40,129 nucleotides of DNA from Craspedostauros australis. Lineage: Eukaryota. Shown here one piece after another: positions 20,462 through 31,784 of the stretch (position 1 is the first letter of the stretch; each line of letters begins with the position of its first letter). Where the stretch lies: the NCBI GenBank assembly GCA_030167865.1, contig JALAGF010003234.1:1-40129 (forward strand), read 5' to 3'. A program made the translations under genes and the position numbers. Below the pieces are notes generated by a model. It was not told the origin of the DNA, did not search any database, and saw only the letters and a list, made by a program, of their open reading frames with translations.

Positions 20462-21214
20462 CTATCGCGATTCCTGCTGCTGCTGTTTCTTCAGAAGCAT
20501 CTGCTGATACTCTGGCCCAGCCATGAGCTTGTCCGCACCTCCGATAGCCTTGAGGAATGGATCATCCTCATCTCCATCAATATTGTTCAGGTTCTGACCT
20601 TCTGCGATCGGTGGTTGCTCTTCATTCTCATCTCCTTCCTCCGGTGCTGCTGTTCCATCATCGTTTTCATTCATAGTGATAGCGTCGTTGATCCCTGCAT
20701 TCTCATCGTCTGCGGCGTCATTGTCATTGTCATCATCACGCCCACCCTTCGACGTGTCTTTCGTCAACATGCGTTCAATGGCGCGCCGTTCTCGCAACCG
20801 CATTTTGCCCAACGACTGCAGCACGTCGTCATCATCCTCCGACGACTTATCCCGCATCGCGAGCTCCTTGACGCACACGGCACACACGCGCCGCGTCTCA
20901 TCCTCCAACAGAGCCTTGGCCTTGGCGGACGCCGTCGTGCAGCCCGTGCAGATGGTGTGATATGCTGCCAGCACGTTGCGCTTCTGGCATTCGTTGCACT
21001 TGCCGGGCTGCGTGCGCGGCTTGTACTTGCGGTACTGCTTCTTCCATTCGATCTTCTCGTGGCAGCGCTTGCACACGTGCACGTTCGGCGAGTCCAAGAT
21101 CTTCTGCGTCAGCTTGCTCTTGGGATTGTGCTTGAAGGCGAACTCGTTCTGATGCGTCGGCGCCTTACCCTTCTTCTTCTTCTTGCCGCCGCCTTTGTTG
21201 CTGTTGGGAGGCAT
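20462..21214 (-). CDS. C9orf85: C9orf85 homologue (DUF2039 Cys-rich conserved eukaryotic protein), 250 aa
   Basis: HQNEFAFKHN...VCKRCHEKIEWKKQYRKYKP...KCNEC...AYHTICTGC...VCAVC matches the family pattern as I know it. The C-terminal tail is acidic. Confidence 0.85.
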   Translation of the reverse strand: MPPNSNKGGGKKKKKGKAPTHQNEFAFKHNPKSKLTQKILDSPNVHVCKRCHEKIEWKKQYRKYKPRTQPGKCNECQKRNVLAAYHTICTGCTTASAKAKALLEDETRRVCAVCVKELAMRDKSSEDDDDVLQSLGKMRLRERRAIERMLTKDTSKGGRDDDNDNDAADDENAGINDAITMNENDDGTAAPEEGDENEEQPPIAEGQNLNNIDGDEDDPFLKAIGGADKLMAGPEYQQMLLKKQQQQESR

Positions 21215-21764
21215 CTTTGGTTTGCGTAGTCAATATAGAACCAATTAGAATCAATTAGAATGGAGTATGTGGATGGATGGAGACTGCACCTGTTCTTCAG
21301 TGATGTGTCTGTGTCTCTTCACTGTTGAGGCTGTTTTCATCTCAATTGTGAGCAATTCGGTCGTCGTTTTCTGTTGTGTGTTTGGTTGTGGTTCGATGCA
21401 CGACTGGTGATCCATGTCTTCGTCTGTCCTTCGAAGCATGTCATATTCTGGCGGGAAATTCAATTTAACGGTAAATAACGTTTCATTCATCCAACGCATG
21501 TTGCCACTTTTTCTCCCACAACAGAAGCGCACAACAACAGTGACAGCAACAGTATGTTGGTGGACAACCCGTTGTTCTGTTTCATCGTGTCCTCTTGGAC
21601 CTCCTCCCCATTCTCGTCGATTCCATCGCCATCTCTGCCTAACATCACCTTTCATTCTGCTCTATTTGGGATTGAAGCCATCACCCGCGATCGGCGAGAC
21701 ACCTCAGCCCCAATAAGCAAAGCACCGACACAGAAGATCGAGACAGAAGCGGCGAGAGACGAGA

Positions 21765-23480
21765 ATGATGAAAGGTCCACGATCATCGCCGTGCACGCGA
21801 AGAGGCGCCAACACCAGGACCGCACTGCGTGCGCTGCTTCTTCTCGTGGCGCCCTTCTCCCAATTGCACACGTGCGCGGCTGATCAGCGCAATGTCACGG
21901 ATTCCTTTCTGTCGCCTGCGCAATCGATCGGCGCGTCAGGTTTCAAAGTCTATTTCAGCGAAAAGAACCAGGATGGGCGCTACGCAACACCAACGGCAAC
22001 AGAGCGACGCCTCATCATCGGCGGCAACGCGGCACAGCGCAACGAGTACCCTTACTTCGTGCACATGGGCGGTTGCGGCGGCACGTTGATCGCCCCCAAC
22101 CTCGTGCTGTCGGCCGGCCACTGCCGCAAGGACAACATCAACGACTACCCGCCCATCCAGGTGGGACGATGGGATTACCGCTCGCACGCCAACGACGACG
22201 TCGAGGTCTTCCGCGTCGTGGATCATTTCCGCCATGACCACTACGACGGCACCAAGTGCTGCGGATACTACGGCAGACGCAAATTCACGGGCGTGTCATA
22301 CGATTTTCTCATTCTCAAATTGAATGGCGACTCGACGATGCCGACGATGCGATTGAACGGCAACACGCACGTGCCGAAACGACGCGAGGAGCTCTACGTC
22401 ATCGGATTCGGCGACACGGACTGGCATCCCGATAAGTACAGCAGCCCGCGGCGGTTGCAGGAGGTCTCCGTCTTCTCGCTGCCCAACAGCGACTGCGTCT
22501 CGAGCTCCATCTACCCCACCGAGCTGATCGACGACTCGACGATCTGCGCCATCGACTTTCGGCAGGATGCCTGCAACGGTGACAGCGGCGGACCGTTGCT
22601 CATCAAGGGCGCCACGCCGAAGGATGATGTGCAAGTTGGCATCGTGTCGTGGGGATGGGGCTGCGCGACGTCGCAACCCGGCGTCTATGCGCGCATCAGC
22701 ACGGGGTATCGGTGGATTCGTAAGATCATGACGTGGCATTCGAGCAGCGAAGTCTCGGCGCCCATTCGGCCACCCGACAATCCTGCGCCCATTCTGGACA
22801 AACCCAAGGATCCTCCGCAGGAGTCGGAAGAAGATATGGTGGTGGATGGTGAAGACGTGAGCGGAGAAAAAGACGTTCCCAACACGGACGTGGAACCAGA
22901 CCGCGATCCCGTCATGGAACTGCTGCCCGAACAGGATCCCGTCCCCGAGCTATTTCCGGACGAAGAGCAACCACAGCCAATCGCTATGCCCGAACCAACC
23001 GCAGACGACCTCCCCAAATGGCCAGAGCAAGTCCAACTGGCCTCCGGTCTGGGCTGCAGCGACCTGAAATCGCGCCATTCCTGCTGCTTCGCCAAGGACG
23101 GCACGTACCGTGGCAAACCAGGCGATATGTACCAAGGCCAGGACTGCCTGCCGTCGCTATCATCGCACAACTACGCATCCGGCAACATGTGCGAGGCGCG
23201 AGGATGGGTCGAAAAGAACGACCGCCGATCGCACGATGTCAATCTGTGCGACGCCATGTTGCGCAACAAGGCGACCGTGGATACCTGCACGCAGATCCAG
23301 GATGCCACGGCGTGCTGCAAGTCCGTCGATCGTGATGGCAATCCCTGTCTCTTTGCGCGGCGTAGACGGGGGTTCAAGACGGGCAATCTGTGCGAGAGTT
23401 CCGCGCGCGTGTCGCGGTACTTTCCCAACGACGCCGTGGAATGTTCGGCAGTGCGGTCCGTCTTTCATGAGTTGGATTGA
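21765..23480 (+). CDS. Secreted trypsin-like serine protease (S1A) with P/D/E-rich linker and two C-terminal Cys-rich modules (571 aa)
   Basis: Hydrophobic signal-like segment ALRALLLLVAPF and IIGG mature N-terminus. Catalytic triad motifs are LSAGHC, YDFLIL and DACNGDSGGP, followed by GIVSWG and PGVY. Asp in the S1 pocket position suggests Arg/Lys specificity. Confidence 0.95.
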   Translation: MMKGPRSSPCTRRGANTRTALRALLLLVAPFSQLHTCAADQRNVTDSFLSPAQSIGASGFKVYFSEKNQDGRYATPTATERRLIIGGNAAQRNEYPYFVHMGGCGGTLIAPNLVLSAGHCRKDNINDYPPIQVGRWDYRSHANDDVEVFRVVDHFRHDHYDGTKCCGYYGRRKFTGVSYDFLILKLNGDSTMPTMRLNGNTHVPKRREELYVIGFGDTDWHPDKYSSPRRLQEVSVFSLPNSDCVSSSIYPTELIDDSTICAIDFRQDACNGDSGGPLLIKGATPKDDVQVGIVSWGWGCATSQPGVYARISTGYRWIRKIMTWHSSSEVSAPIRPPDNPAPILDKPKDPPQESEEDMVVDGEDVSGEKDVPNTDVEPDRDPVMELLPEQDPVPELFPDEEQPQPIAMPEPTADDLPKWPEQVQLASGLGCSDLKSRHSCCFAKDGTYRGKPGDMYQGQDCLPSLSSHNYASGNMCEARGWVEKNDRRSHDVNLCDAMLRNKATVDTCTQIQDATACCKSVDRDGNPCLFARRRRGFKTGNLCESSARVSRYFPNDAVECSAVRSVFHELD

Positions 23481-23990
23481 GGGGGTGTGGTGCGAGAACG
23501 TGGCGCGATTTCATGAACTGGGAGTAGATGAATTGATAGTAATCCATTTGGAGTTGTAAACATAATAATCATAATCATAATACAATAACACAGAGTAGGT
23601 GAAGCCCGTATAAAAGCAACTCAGAAGCATGAGTGGGACCCTATGGTAAAGTTGGGGAGATGGCGATTTGCTTTCGCGCCAAAACAGGCTACGATTTCCA
23701 TTCGGCTGAGTCAGACGGTCAGACTGCGGCAGAAAACACGACACAACAGAAACAAGAAGCAAACTGAATGCAAACCGAACCTTTGTTGGCGCCATCATTG
23801 CGCACATGAGCATTCTTGGCGGATCCATCTCCTCATTCTCCATCTCTCCACTCTCCACTCTCTGCTTCATCTCTCTATCTCAATACTCAATCTCTATACT
23901 CTATACTCCATACTCTATCCCTCTCCTACCCCATCAAATAATAACAGCCAACCCATCAATAGTCAACACACAACACCAGTCGCGCCCACG

Positions 23991-24413
23991 ATGGTAAAAG
24001 GCAAGCAAGGACTATACTTGGAGGCCTGGAAGTTCGGCATCTACATCTCCATCCCGATCTTCGCCTCGGCCTACTACTCCGATCCCGAGGCGCAGAAGTA
24101 CTGGGCCGACTACTGGCAGTTCATCAAGTACCCCGAGAATCCCAACACCAACGTCAAGGAGAAGATCCGCGCGTTGGCCAAGGAGAAGGCGGACCTGGCG
24201 CAGCAACGCCAGGCCTACCGCGACCAGCTGCGCGAGTTGCAGGTCGCGGCGGATCGGTCCAAGTCGTACGGCGATGGCGCCATCGTTGTGGCTGGCGATG
24301 TGGCTGCGAACAAGCCGTCGTGGTGGTCGAGGTTAGGAGGTTGGGTTATGGGACGTTCGAGGAGCGCAACTGCCGATGTCAACGCTGAGCAAGGCGCTGA
24401 GAGTGCCAAGTGA
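23991..24413 (+). CDS. PET100: Cytochrome c oxidase assembly factor PET100 homologue (140 aa)
   Basis: LEAWKFGIYISIPIFASAYYSDP...FIKYPE resembles the PET100 N-terminal TM motif and is followed by a charged helix. The ATG at 23991 follows a CA/CT-rich UTR-like stretch, so the track start at 23643 is unlikely. Confidence 0.75.
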   Translation: MVKGKQGLYLEAWKFGIYISIPIFASAYYSDPEAQKYWADYWQFIKYPENPNTNVKEKIRALAKEKADLAQQRQAYRDQLRELQVAADRSKSYGDGAIVVAGDVAANKPSWWSRLGGWVMGRSRSATADVNAEQGAESAK

Positions 24414-24678
24414 TGAAGATCCATTCACGAGAAAGATGAAGGAGTCCACATATAAGATAATATTGTAGAATACTCCATTGCACAGATACAAATACTATAA
24501 TAGAATGGAGCACGGATGCTCTTGAGTGCGCGTACTCTATTCACATTGATAGTACATAACTCAACAGCAAATTCTTTCACTCGTATAATATTCGCATGTT
24601 AACATTTTGTATTACTTCACACAATCTTAATACTCGAAGTACTGGCGCAGGTGCTCCATCACAAATCCCTTCTCCAAA

Positions 24679-27600
24679 CTACTCCACGTCCGCGATCTCC
24701 GCCACATCCAACCGGAAATCACCCGTGTCGATGTGACCGCCCACGAGAAGGTAGTACGTCTCGTCTTCCTCGGCGATCCACGACACGACGCTGCGGTCGC
24801 CGCAGGAATCGTCGTCCGCGGCCACGCACAGCAACGCGTCGCAATCACCGCTGTAGATGTAGATCTGCGTATCGAACGTCGTCGCGTCGGAGCACAGCGA
24901 CGCCCGCATCTGCTTGCCTTGGCCTTCGACGAAGTACCAGACGGGCGACGAGATGGAGTTGCTGAGCCCGCAGGTCTCGACGTCGTCCCCGGTGGCGTTC
25001 GTGGTGGAACCAAACACGCTGACCGGGTTGTCACCTGCGGGGTACTCCAATTGCGTGGCCGATCTGCAGAGGTCGTTTGGAACGCCCAGGAAACCTGGTT
25101 CGATCGTCACACGGAAGATGCCGTCACTGCCGCCGCCATCCGCCACGCTTGCTGGTGAGCCGGATTCGGCCAGGATGTGGTACTCCACTCCCAACACGGA
25201 GTCGAAGGACACGATCATTCCAGATGCGCAGTTCTGAGACACGGCTGTGAGCGGTTGCAAACCGTCGCATCCGCCAGTGAATACAACAAGGTCGACATCG
25301 ATCTCGTTGAACTCATCGCACGTTGACAGCAAGTAGCTTTCGCCAGTTCCGTTGAAGACGAACCACATCCCGTCGGTTTCCACGTCTGTGATGTTGCCGT
25401 CTTCCGATGCGACGCCGTACGTCGTGTTGGCGTCATTCATGTATCCGATGACCGATCCCTCCTCTGGGAGCAGCAACGTGGCAGCTTCACATTCGTGAGT
25501 CACGGTGATCTGCTCCGTGCTCAGGCTGAATTCGCCACCGTCGTTGGATTGAACCATGACGAAGTAGGTTTCGTTGACGGCAGATCGCCACAACAGCGTC
25601 GACTGACCATCGCATGGTACTTCGCGAACGTCCTGCAGGCATTGTTGCGTTTCGCACCCGGCGTCGATGTTGCGCGAGAGGAACAACCTGACAGCTCGAG
25701 GATTATCCTGGTCGCATGTGGACACGCTCATGATGCTGTCTGCGATTCCTTCGAGGACGTACCACAAACCTGGATCCCGCGCATCAACCCCAGCACATGG
25801 GTGTTCGCCCGTTCTACAGGCATCGACCGTGGATGCTTGGATGTTGGAGGTTCCGTTGGGATCCAGCCCAACAGCACCTTCGCAAAACGTATTCTCGGGT
25901 GGGAACTTGATCGTCACCTGGAAGTCACCTTCTGGGCCGCTGGATGGATTGCGGCCGTTGCCTGCGATGGTCCTGTTGGAGCCATGGACGACGGCGTAGT
26001 AGACAGTGTCGTTGCTGGTCCTCCAAACGATCTCGTCTTCGCTGCCAACTTCGACACCACCGACGCACGATAGCGAGTCGCAGGTGCCTGACACGACGGA
26101 GAGCTGGCTGTCGAACAGGACGTCGCGATTCAGCATCGAGGCGCAGCGCAGATTGCCATCTCCAGCCATGCGGTACCACGCGCTCGGTGTGGTGGCAGCC
26201 TCTGCCTCTCCGCACGCCTCGAGTTCTGCAACGTCGATAACGCCCCTGGTGGAGCCAAGCAGGACTTCCCCGCCCGAAACGTCATCGGCCAGAGAGCACT
26301 GGCTGATGTCGTCGACTTCTTCCAATGTCAACGTGATCGGACCTCGGCTGGAGGTTCGGAATCCTCCGACGAGGATCTTGTAGGTCATGCCTTCCTCGGC
26401 AAACCAGCCCACGGAGCTCTGATCGCCGCAAAGCTGATCGTTGCCTCCGATGCACGAAAGGGCATCGCATTCACCAGAGAAGACCTTGATCTCAGTGTCG
26501 ATGGTGGTGCCTGAGCATGTGGAAGTTCGCACGCGTTTTCCGACGCCTTGGATAGTGTACCAAACACCCCCGCCTCCACTATTCTCAAGCTCGCACTCGA
26601 TGTCATCCTCGTTTGCATTCTGATTGTTGGTCGAGACGATGGCTCCCGTGGCGAGCAGATCGTGAGCGAGCTCGCACACATCGTTGAATGGTCGAGGAGT
26701 CGGAGCGAAGGTTGGGGATTCCGTGGGAAGAACGGCGACACCACCGCCGCCGCTGCCTCCGCTTGTCGCGACGACGACTCCGACAACTATCGCAATGATC
26801 GCGACCAGAATTCCTAGACAGATGTACATCCTTCGCCGGCCTTGTGCGTCATCTTCCTCGGGTTCGTCTTGGATAACGGTGGCCTCTGCCACGACAGCAG
26901 TGTTGCGCAGGCGCTCCTCTGCCTTGCGTTCCTCCTCTTTGCGGACGCGTTCGCGGGCAGCCTCTTCGTCTTCGAAATCATCCGTCACCAACTCGGCGGT
27001 AATTGCTTGCTCGACGGTCGCGTTGGTGCTGCCAACATTGCTCAAGACCGTGGACTCGGCGTCCAGAAGCGACGCTGGGGCTGTCATGGCATCGCTTGAG
27101 GCACCACCCACCGACATGCTGTTGGCCACCGATACTGTCGCATTCAGGTTCTGCTGCGCTTGCTGGTTGGTGCTGTTGGTTTCGAAGGATTCGAAGGTTG
27201 GATCATTCTGTGGGACCTGGTCGGAATAGTCATCGGGATTTTCATGAACCTCGATGTTCTCCATCATCTGGTTGCTGCCGTAGGGTCGGTTGCCTGAACC
27301 CAGGTTGATCGATGTCGAGGCGTTGAATTTCTCGCTTTCGTCACCTCGGATCGTGCCCATGTCCGACATGGTGACTTCACTCATCGCAATGGATCCAACC
27401 GTGACCTGGCTGCTCCTGCCGTCCCCAATATTCATCGGAACGTCGCTGGGCCGGTTGCCGGAACGCAGGTTGCCGAATTTGCGTTGCTCCTGGCGCATGC
27501 GGCGGGATAGCGCGGAATTGCGTCCGACTGCATCATTGCCGCCTCGGATGGCCGAGATCTGACTGGCATGCGACATGCGCGAGATCTTCATCCCCGACTT

Positions 27601-30027
27601 CTCGGATGCGCCAGGGGTTGTGGCGTGTCGTATGGACGCGCTGCTGCTCGATGGACGTTGGGTGTTTGCAGAGTCTCGCAGGTTGTCGAGCATGCGCCTC
27701 GAATCCTGAGTGTGACTTGGGCCCATCCGTGATGTCTCGTCGGAGAGACGTTGGGTGGGGCGATTGGATTGCCTCGAAGGCTGGCCGGAGTTGGCTTTTG
27801 CCATCATTCTTTCAGTCTGCTGGTTCATTCTGTCTTCCATGGTTGTGGATTGACGAGCCGCTTCATCCAGCCCTCCGTCATCGTCATCCGACAGATATTG
27901 CGGTCCGTTGTGAAGGTTTTCAATCGCCGCTTGTGAGATTCGTACATCTTGTGACTCTGCATTGGGAGCAGCAGCAGCCGCCACGGCAGGGGCCAACGTA
28001 ACGTTGGCATTGAGAATGCCTGCCACATCACGTTGCTGTGAGACTGCTCCAGTGGTTGTGGCGGATGCTGGAGGCGGTGGCTTCTTCGCACCTTGCGACG
28101 CCGGTTCCTGCTTGTAATGCTGATTTTGCAACTGGTGCTGACGACGTTGGCGTCGTGTTTCCAACTCCGCGATATCGTCATCGTCATCGAATATCATGGG
28201 CCCGGTGGATTGCACGGACGATCGCATGGCTGCTGAATTCTGCGTGCGTCGTCCCTGGATCTTTTGCACGCGGCGGTTGGACGAGTCGCGTTCTTCACGC
28301 GCCTTGCGCTTTGCCTCCATCATGTCTGCGTCGTTGGTGTTGCTGGCAGATCCCGAGATGCGGATGTGCGGCCTGGACTCGCCTTGCGACACGGACACGG
28401 CACCTGGCGCCGTCGTGGCTCTCGCTGTGGTACCCGCCAGAACCGTGCTGGCCGTGTGCGTATCGGCGCTTGGAGTGGACGCAATGGGCGGCTTCTTGGC
28501 CTGTCCTGCCTTCCATTGCGGTCCGTACTTGGCACGTTGTTTGGCCTCCCAATCCTCTGGGCTCATGCCAAACCTGGCGTTACCAGCCGATGGCGTGGGC
28601 TTGGGTTGCGGTTCGCTGGTGGCGCTGTCGCGGGCCTTCGTGTGTCGCTCCCGTTCGAAGGAATCGCGGATGATGCGTATGTTGTGACTGCGCGGTTGTG
28701 GTGACGATGGCGAATCTTTCATTGGGAATTTGCGTTGCTGGGCAATAACTTCGGACGCCGTGTCGCCGTCTTCCGTATCGGATTCCTTGTCGTCTTGCGT
28801 GTTGGCTGCTACTGCCGTTGGCGCCATCATGAGAGCCATGGATTCCGGATCCTCACGGAACGTCATTGGCACCATCGGCGATGATTGCATCGGACTCGCA
28901 GCGACGTCTTTGAGCTTCTGCTGAAGCTTGGCAGGCGAATTCTCCACGAGACTGAGACGAATGGCATCGACCCCACCAAGGCGCTTGGCCGGTTGTTGCG
29001 TATCGGATTGCGGATTGGTGGATCGACCAGGCGTCGTGGGCGTGGTGGGACGCGATCGACTGGGTGTCACTGGTCGTGGCGGCGCCGCGCCAATGCGACG
29101 TGACAACACGGGAGCATCTTCAGTAGGTGGAACACCTTCCTCCGTGGTGGGCCCGGATTCGTACATTGGCTGCGGCTGTCGCAGACGCCGTGGACTCCGC
29201 GATGGTTCAGCAAGCCGCGTATCGATGGTGGTTTCTGGCGATGGTTGGGCGCAGCTCAATGGAATCGACAAGCCGGAGACGAGCATGCGCGCCGGTGACT
29301 TGGTCTTTGGCGAAGCATTGTTGGTGGGCGGACTTGAACAAGCTGCCGGCAGCGACGTCGTTGGTGACACGCATTCGTCTTGCATGATTTCATCGGACGC
29401 GGCCGGCACGGGAGTGATGCTGGGAACGGAGTCCATGGAAACGGACGGTTGCAGGGAATTGAATTGCGGAGGCGGATGCCCGGGAACATGACCAGGCTCG
29501 AGAGGTGTGAGGAAATGTGCCGAGTCCGCAGCCGTGGAATCCACGGAGGGAATGGCGCCGCTGGGCATGGAATCGTCGGCCATGCTCTGCACAGCGTCAT
29601 CCGCAGAATCGATGGTGGGCAAGACGGGGACGATCTCCTTGCGCGGCGATCCCGTGAATCCCGTCTCGACCGTGTCGATGCTGTCGGCCAGCGCCGGGAT
29701 GGGGACATCCCGCATCTCCGTGCCGTCCGTCGAGGTGGTGGCCGTCGCGAAGTCGTAGTGCTGCTGTTCTCTGTAATTGTGATGGTCGCGTTGGTATTCA
29801 TAGACTTCGGTCATGCTGCGTTCGGTGTTGGGTTCGGTGTTGGGTTCGTTGTTAGGGTCGTTGTTAGGTTCGTTGTCATTGTTGCTGAGGCTGGTGTCAA
29901 TACTGGTGTCGATCTTGACGTCTATGTTGGTGTCGATGTTGGCGCCATTGTCGTTGTCGTTGTCGTTGCTGTTGCCTTCTTCCGTGCCTTCATCGAAGCT
30001 GCGGCTGCTGTGATCGTGGCTGGCCAT
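24679..30027 (-). CDS. Type II single-pass membrane protein (1782 aa): long disordered N-terminus, TM helix, P/T linker, five Cys-rich ~130-aa beta-sandwich-like (PPC-like) repeats
   Basis: First ATG at 30027. TM RRRMYICLGILVAIIAIVVGVVVAT at about 26767-26829 has basic residues on its N-side. The repeat consensus ND.C..A...GST..A...C...VWY...G.G....ASTC...FDT.....G.C..L.C...ND..CG..S.V.W......Y.ILV.G...G.F.L occurs five times in 24679-26690. Confidence 0.9.
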   Translation of the reverse strand: MASHDHSSRSFDEGTEEGNSNDNDNDNGANIDTNIDVKIDTSIDTSLSNNDNEPNNDPNNEPNTEPNTERSMTEVYEYQRDHHNYREQQHYDFATATTSTDGTEMRDVPIPALADSIDTVETGFTGSPRKEIVPVLPTIDSADDAVQSMADDSMPSGAIPSVDSTAADSAHFLTPLEPGHVPGHPPPQFNSLQPSVSMDSVPSITPVPAASDEIMQDECVSPTTSLPAACSSPPTNNASPKTKSPARMLVSGLSIPLSCAQPSPETTIDTRLAEPSRSPRRLRQPQPMYESGPTTEEGVPPTEDAPVLSRRIGAAPPRPVTPSRSRPTTPTTPGRSTNPQSDTQQPAKRLGGVDAIRLSLVENSPAKLQQKLKDVAASPMQSSPMVPMTFREDPESMALMMAPTAVAANTQDDKESDTEDGDTASEVIAQQRKFPMKDSPSSPQPRSHNIRIIRDSFERERHTKARDSATSEPQPKPTPSAGNARFGMSPEDWEAKQRAKYGPQWKAGQAKKPPIASTPSADTHTASTVLAGTTARATTAPGAVSVSQGESRPHIRISGSASNTNDADMMEAKRKAREERDSSNRRVQKIQGRRTQNSAAMRSSVQSTGPMIFDDDDDIAELETRRQRRQHQLQNQHYKQEPASQGAKKPPPPASATTTGAVSQQRDVAGILNANVTLAPAVAAAAAPNAESQDVRISQAAIENLHNGPQYLSDDDDGGLDEAARQSTTMEDRMNQQTERMMAKANSGQPSRQSNRPTQRLSDETSRMGPSHTQDSRRMLDNLRDSANTQRPSSSSASIRHATTPGASEKSGMKISRMSHASQISAIRGGNDAVGRNSALSRRMRQEQRKFGNLRSGNRPSDVPMNIGDGRSSQVTVGSIAMSEVTMSDMGTIRGDESEKFNASTSINLGSGNRPYGSNQMMENIEVHENPDDYSDQVPQNDPTFESFETNSTNQQAQQNLNATVSVANSMSVGGASSDAMTAPASLLDAESTVLSNVGSTNATVEQAITAELVTDDFEDEEAARERVRKEEERKAEERLRNTAVVAEATVIQDEPEEDDAQGRRRMYICLGILVAIIAIVVGVVVATSGGSGGGGVAVLPTESPTFAPTPRPFNDVCELAHDLLATGAIVSTNNQNANEDDIECELENSGGGGVWYTIQGVGKRVRTSTCSGTTIDTEIKVFSGECDALSCIGGNDQLCGDQSSVGWFAEEGMTYKILVGGFRTSSRGPITLTLEEVDDISQCSLADDVSGGEVLLGSTRGVIDVAELEACGEAEAATTPSAWYRMAGDGNLRCASMLNRDVLFDSQLSVVSGTCDSLSCVGGVEVGSEDEIVWRTSNDTVYYAVVHGSNRTIAGNGRNPSSGPEGDFQVTIKFPPENTFCEGAVGLDPNGTSNIQASTVDACRTGEHPCAGVDARDPGLWYVLEGIADSIMSVSTCDQDNPRAVRLFLSRNIDAGCETQQCLQDVREVPCDGQSTLLWRSAVNETYFVMVQSNDGGEFSLSTEQITVTHECEAATLLLPEEGSVIGYMNDANTTYGVASEDGNITDVETDGMWFVFNGTGESYLLSTCDEFNEIDVDLVVFTGGCDGLQPLTAVSQNCASGMIVSFDSVLGVEYHILAESGSPASVADGGGSDGIFRVTIEPGFLGVPNDLCRSATQLEYPAGDNPVSVFGSTTNATGDDVETCGLSNSISSPVWYFVEGQGKQMRASLCSDATTFDTQIYIYSGDCDALLCVAADDDSCGDRSVVSWIAEEDETYYLLVGGHIDTGDFRLDVAEIADVE

Positions 30028-31784
30028 GATGTTGATGTTGTTGGTGTTAATTGTATAATACCAATGGCGACGATGATGACGATGATGATGGCGATTGGTA
30101 TCTATTCTATGGGAAGAGTCCTTCACCCAAATCTGCGAAGGCAAAGGCAGTTGCCTGTCTCTCTATTGTCAACGATGTTGTTGTTGTTGCTGTTGTTGTT
30201 GCTGCTGTTGTTGCTGTAGAATATATACTATGACACCAAGAGTGGCTGTACTTTCATGAGAAAGAGAAAGACGCAATTCAATTCAATTCAATTCAATCCA
30301 ATTCAATCCAATGCTCTATGAGTATCGCAATAGCGGTGGTGTAGAATATTACTCTTGGCCTGTTTCGCGCCACAAAGAGAGCTACTCTATGTGCACAATC
30401 CAAAACCGGATGGCCACAGCAGAGAAACAGGTGGTGATGCTGAATGAATCTTTCGCCGGCAACGAACAGATACTTCCAGAGAGAGTATTGTATAATACGA
30501 TCGAAAGAGGCAACACCGGCGGGAGTTGTCTGCTCTGCTTCTTTCGTTGCCTTGCTGTCCAAAAGTGAGTGAGTGAGCGTGATGGCAGTGATGGCAGTGA
30601 TGGCAGTGATGGGATCTGTGTGCTATTGGTACACGTATCTGTCTGTGTGCAGAGAGAGAGAGAGAGAGAGAGTTGTGCGCTGCCAGTATCTTGATCTTGC
30701 TCCCACCACATCATGGCGCGATGTTTCCTCTCCTCTTCAGTCTTGGTCTTGGTGGCGGGATGTGGTCTTGCGAAACCGCGCCATGCGAACTTTTTTTGGT
30801 GTTGTTCTTGGGGATCGTGTTTGACACGATAGGACATTGGGGGTTGACCCATTCGAATCAATTTGAATCAGTCTGTCGTGGATCACCCACAAACGTTATG
30901 ACGTAACGTTCACATGGCGTCATGGGTCGCAGTGATATTCTGATTGTGATGCTCAGGACAATCCTTCTATGCCCAAATCCCGAGCATGATCACGCAAGTG
31001 GAGTGGATGTTGTTAGCACGTCTCAACAAGGTTCGCTGAGATTGTCTAGATATATGTGATGCGACACATCTATTGTATTCTTCAGTGCTCTTCGTCATGT
31101 CCGGTTAATTATTGGGCCTTCGTCTTTCTATGGAAACCATGCGGGAAACGGTGATGTGCGTCGGGGCAATGCGTTCTTGTGTGTCGTGATGCTCTGCGGG
31201 TAGCGCCTGATTTCCGAACGAACGAATCCATGGCGGAGTCGGCACATGTGCTTGGCCGCGCACCACTGGGATGGCAATGCACGTATGCATTCCAACGATA
31301 ATTGTGGAGCCATGCACGATCGAAAGAGGCGATCCAACAGCATCACGATGGCGTAAAATGTCTGCGGAGGAAGTGGGGAATCGAGAAGAAGCGCAACACG
31401 ACAACACCGACATGGCCGCATTCCGCACAAATCGAATGTGGACAAGAAGCAAGTGCGAGGGTCAGCCAGGCAATCAAGAGAGGCAGGCGCCCTCTCAGCA
31501 GAAGATACGACTGGTTTTGTCTGTTTCATCACACTGGTCGCACCAATAGGTCGTACTTGTTCTCACGGACTTGACTTGACTTGAACAGGCCTTGGTCGGA
31601 TTGGGTTGAGTTGGATTGGGTCGGGCTGGATTGAGTTGAATTGAAAAGGCTGGAGCATTGAGAACACAAGAAGATCATAATCACACGAACGCTCTGGCGA
31701 GCCTCCATTCCATTCAACCCCATTCAAGTCCATTCAAGTCCATACCACACCATTCATAACAGCACTGCCAACAGCACGACCACC
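30028..31784. promoter_or_regulatory. Divergent (bidirectional) intergenic/promoter region between the two paralogous membrane-protein genes, rich in simple repeats
   Basis: 1757 nt between head-to-head ATGs. It contains (GTT/GCT)n, (ATTCA)n, (GTGATGGCA)x3.8 at 30579-30612 and (AG)n. No specific binding site was identified. Confidence 0.5.

Noticed and set aside
23643-23990. 116-aa N-terminal extension of PET100 in the ORF track
   Set aside because: It translates CT/CA-rich promoter or UTR sequence; family similarity starts at ATG 23991.
19064-24413. Apparent clustering of mitochondrial functions (carrier, PET100, plus theta-CA and TruA elsewhere)
   Set aside because: The genes are interspersed with unrelated ones and share no pathway; this is compatible with chance.
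30028-30144. His-rich N-terminal extension of the 1821-aa ORF
   Set aside because: Non-ATG start and derived from CAT/CAA simple repeats typical of UTRs here.
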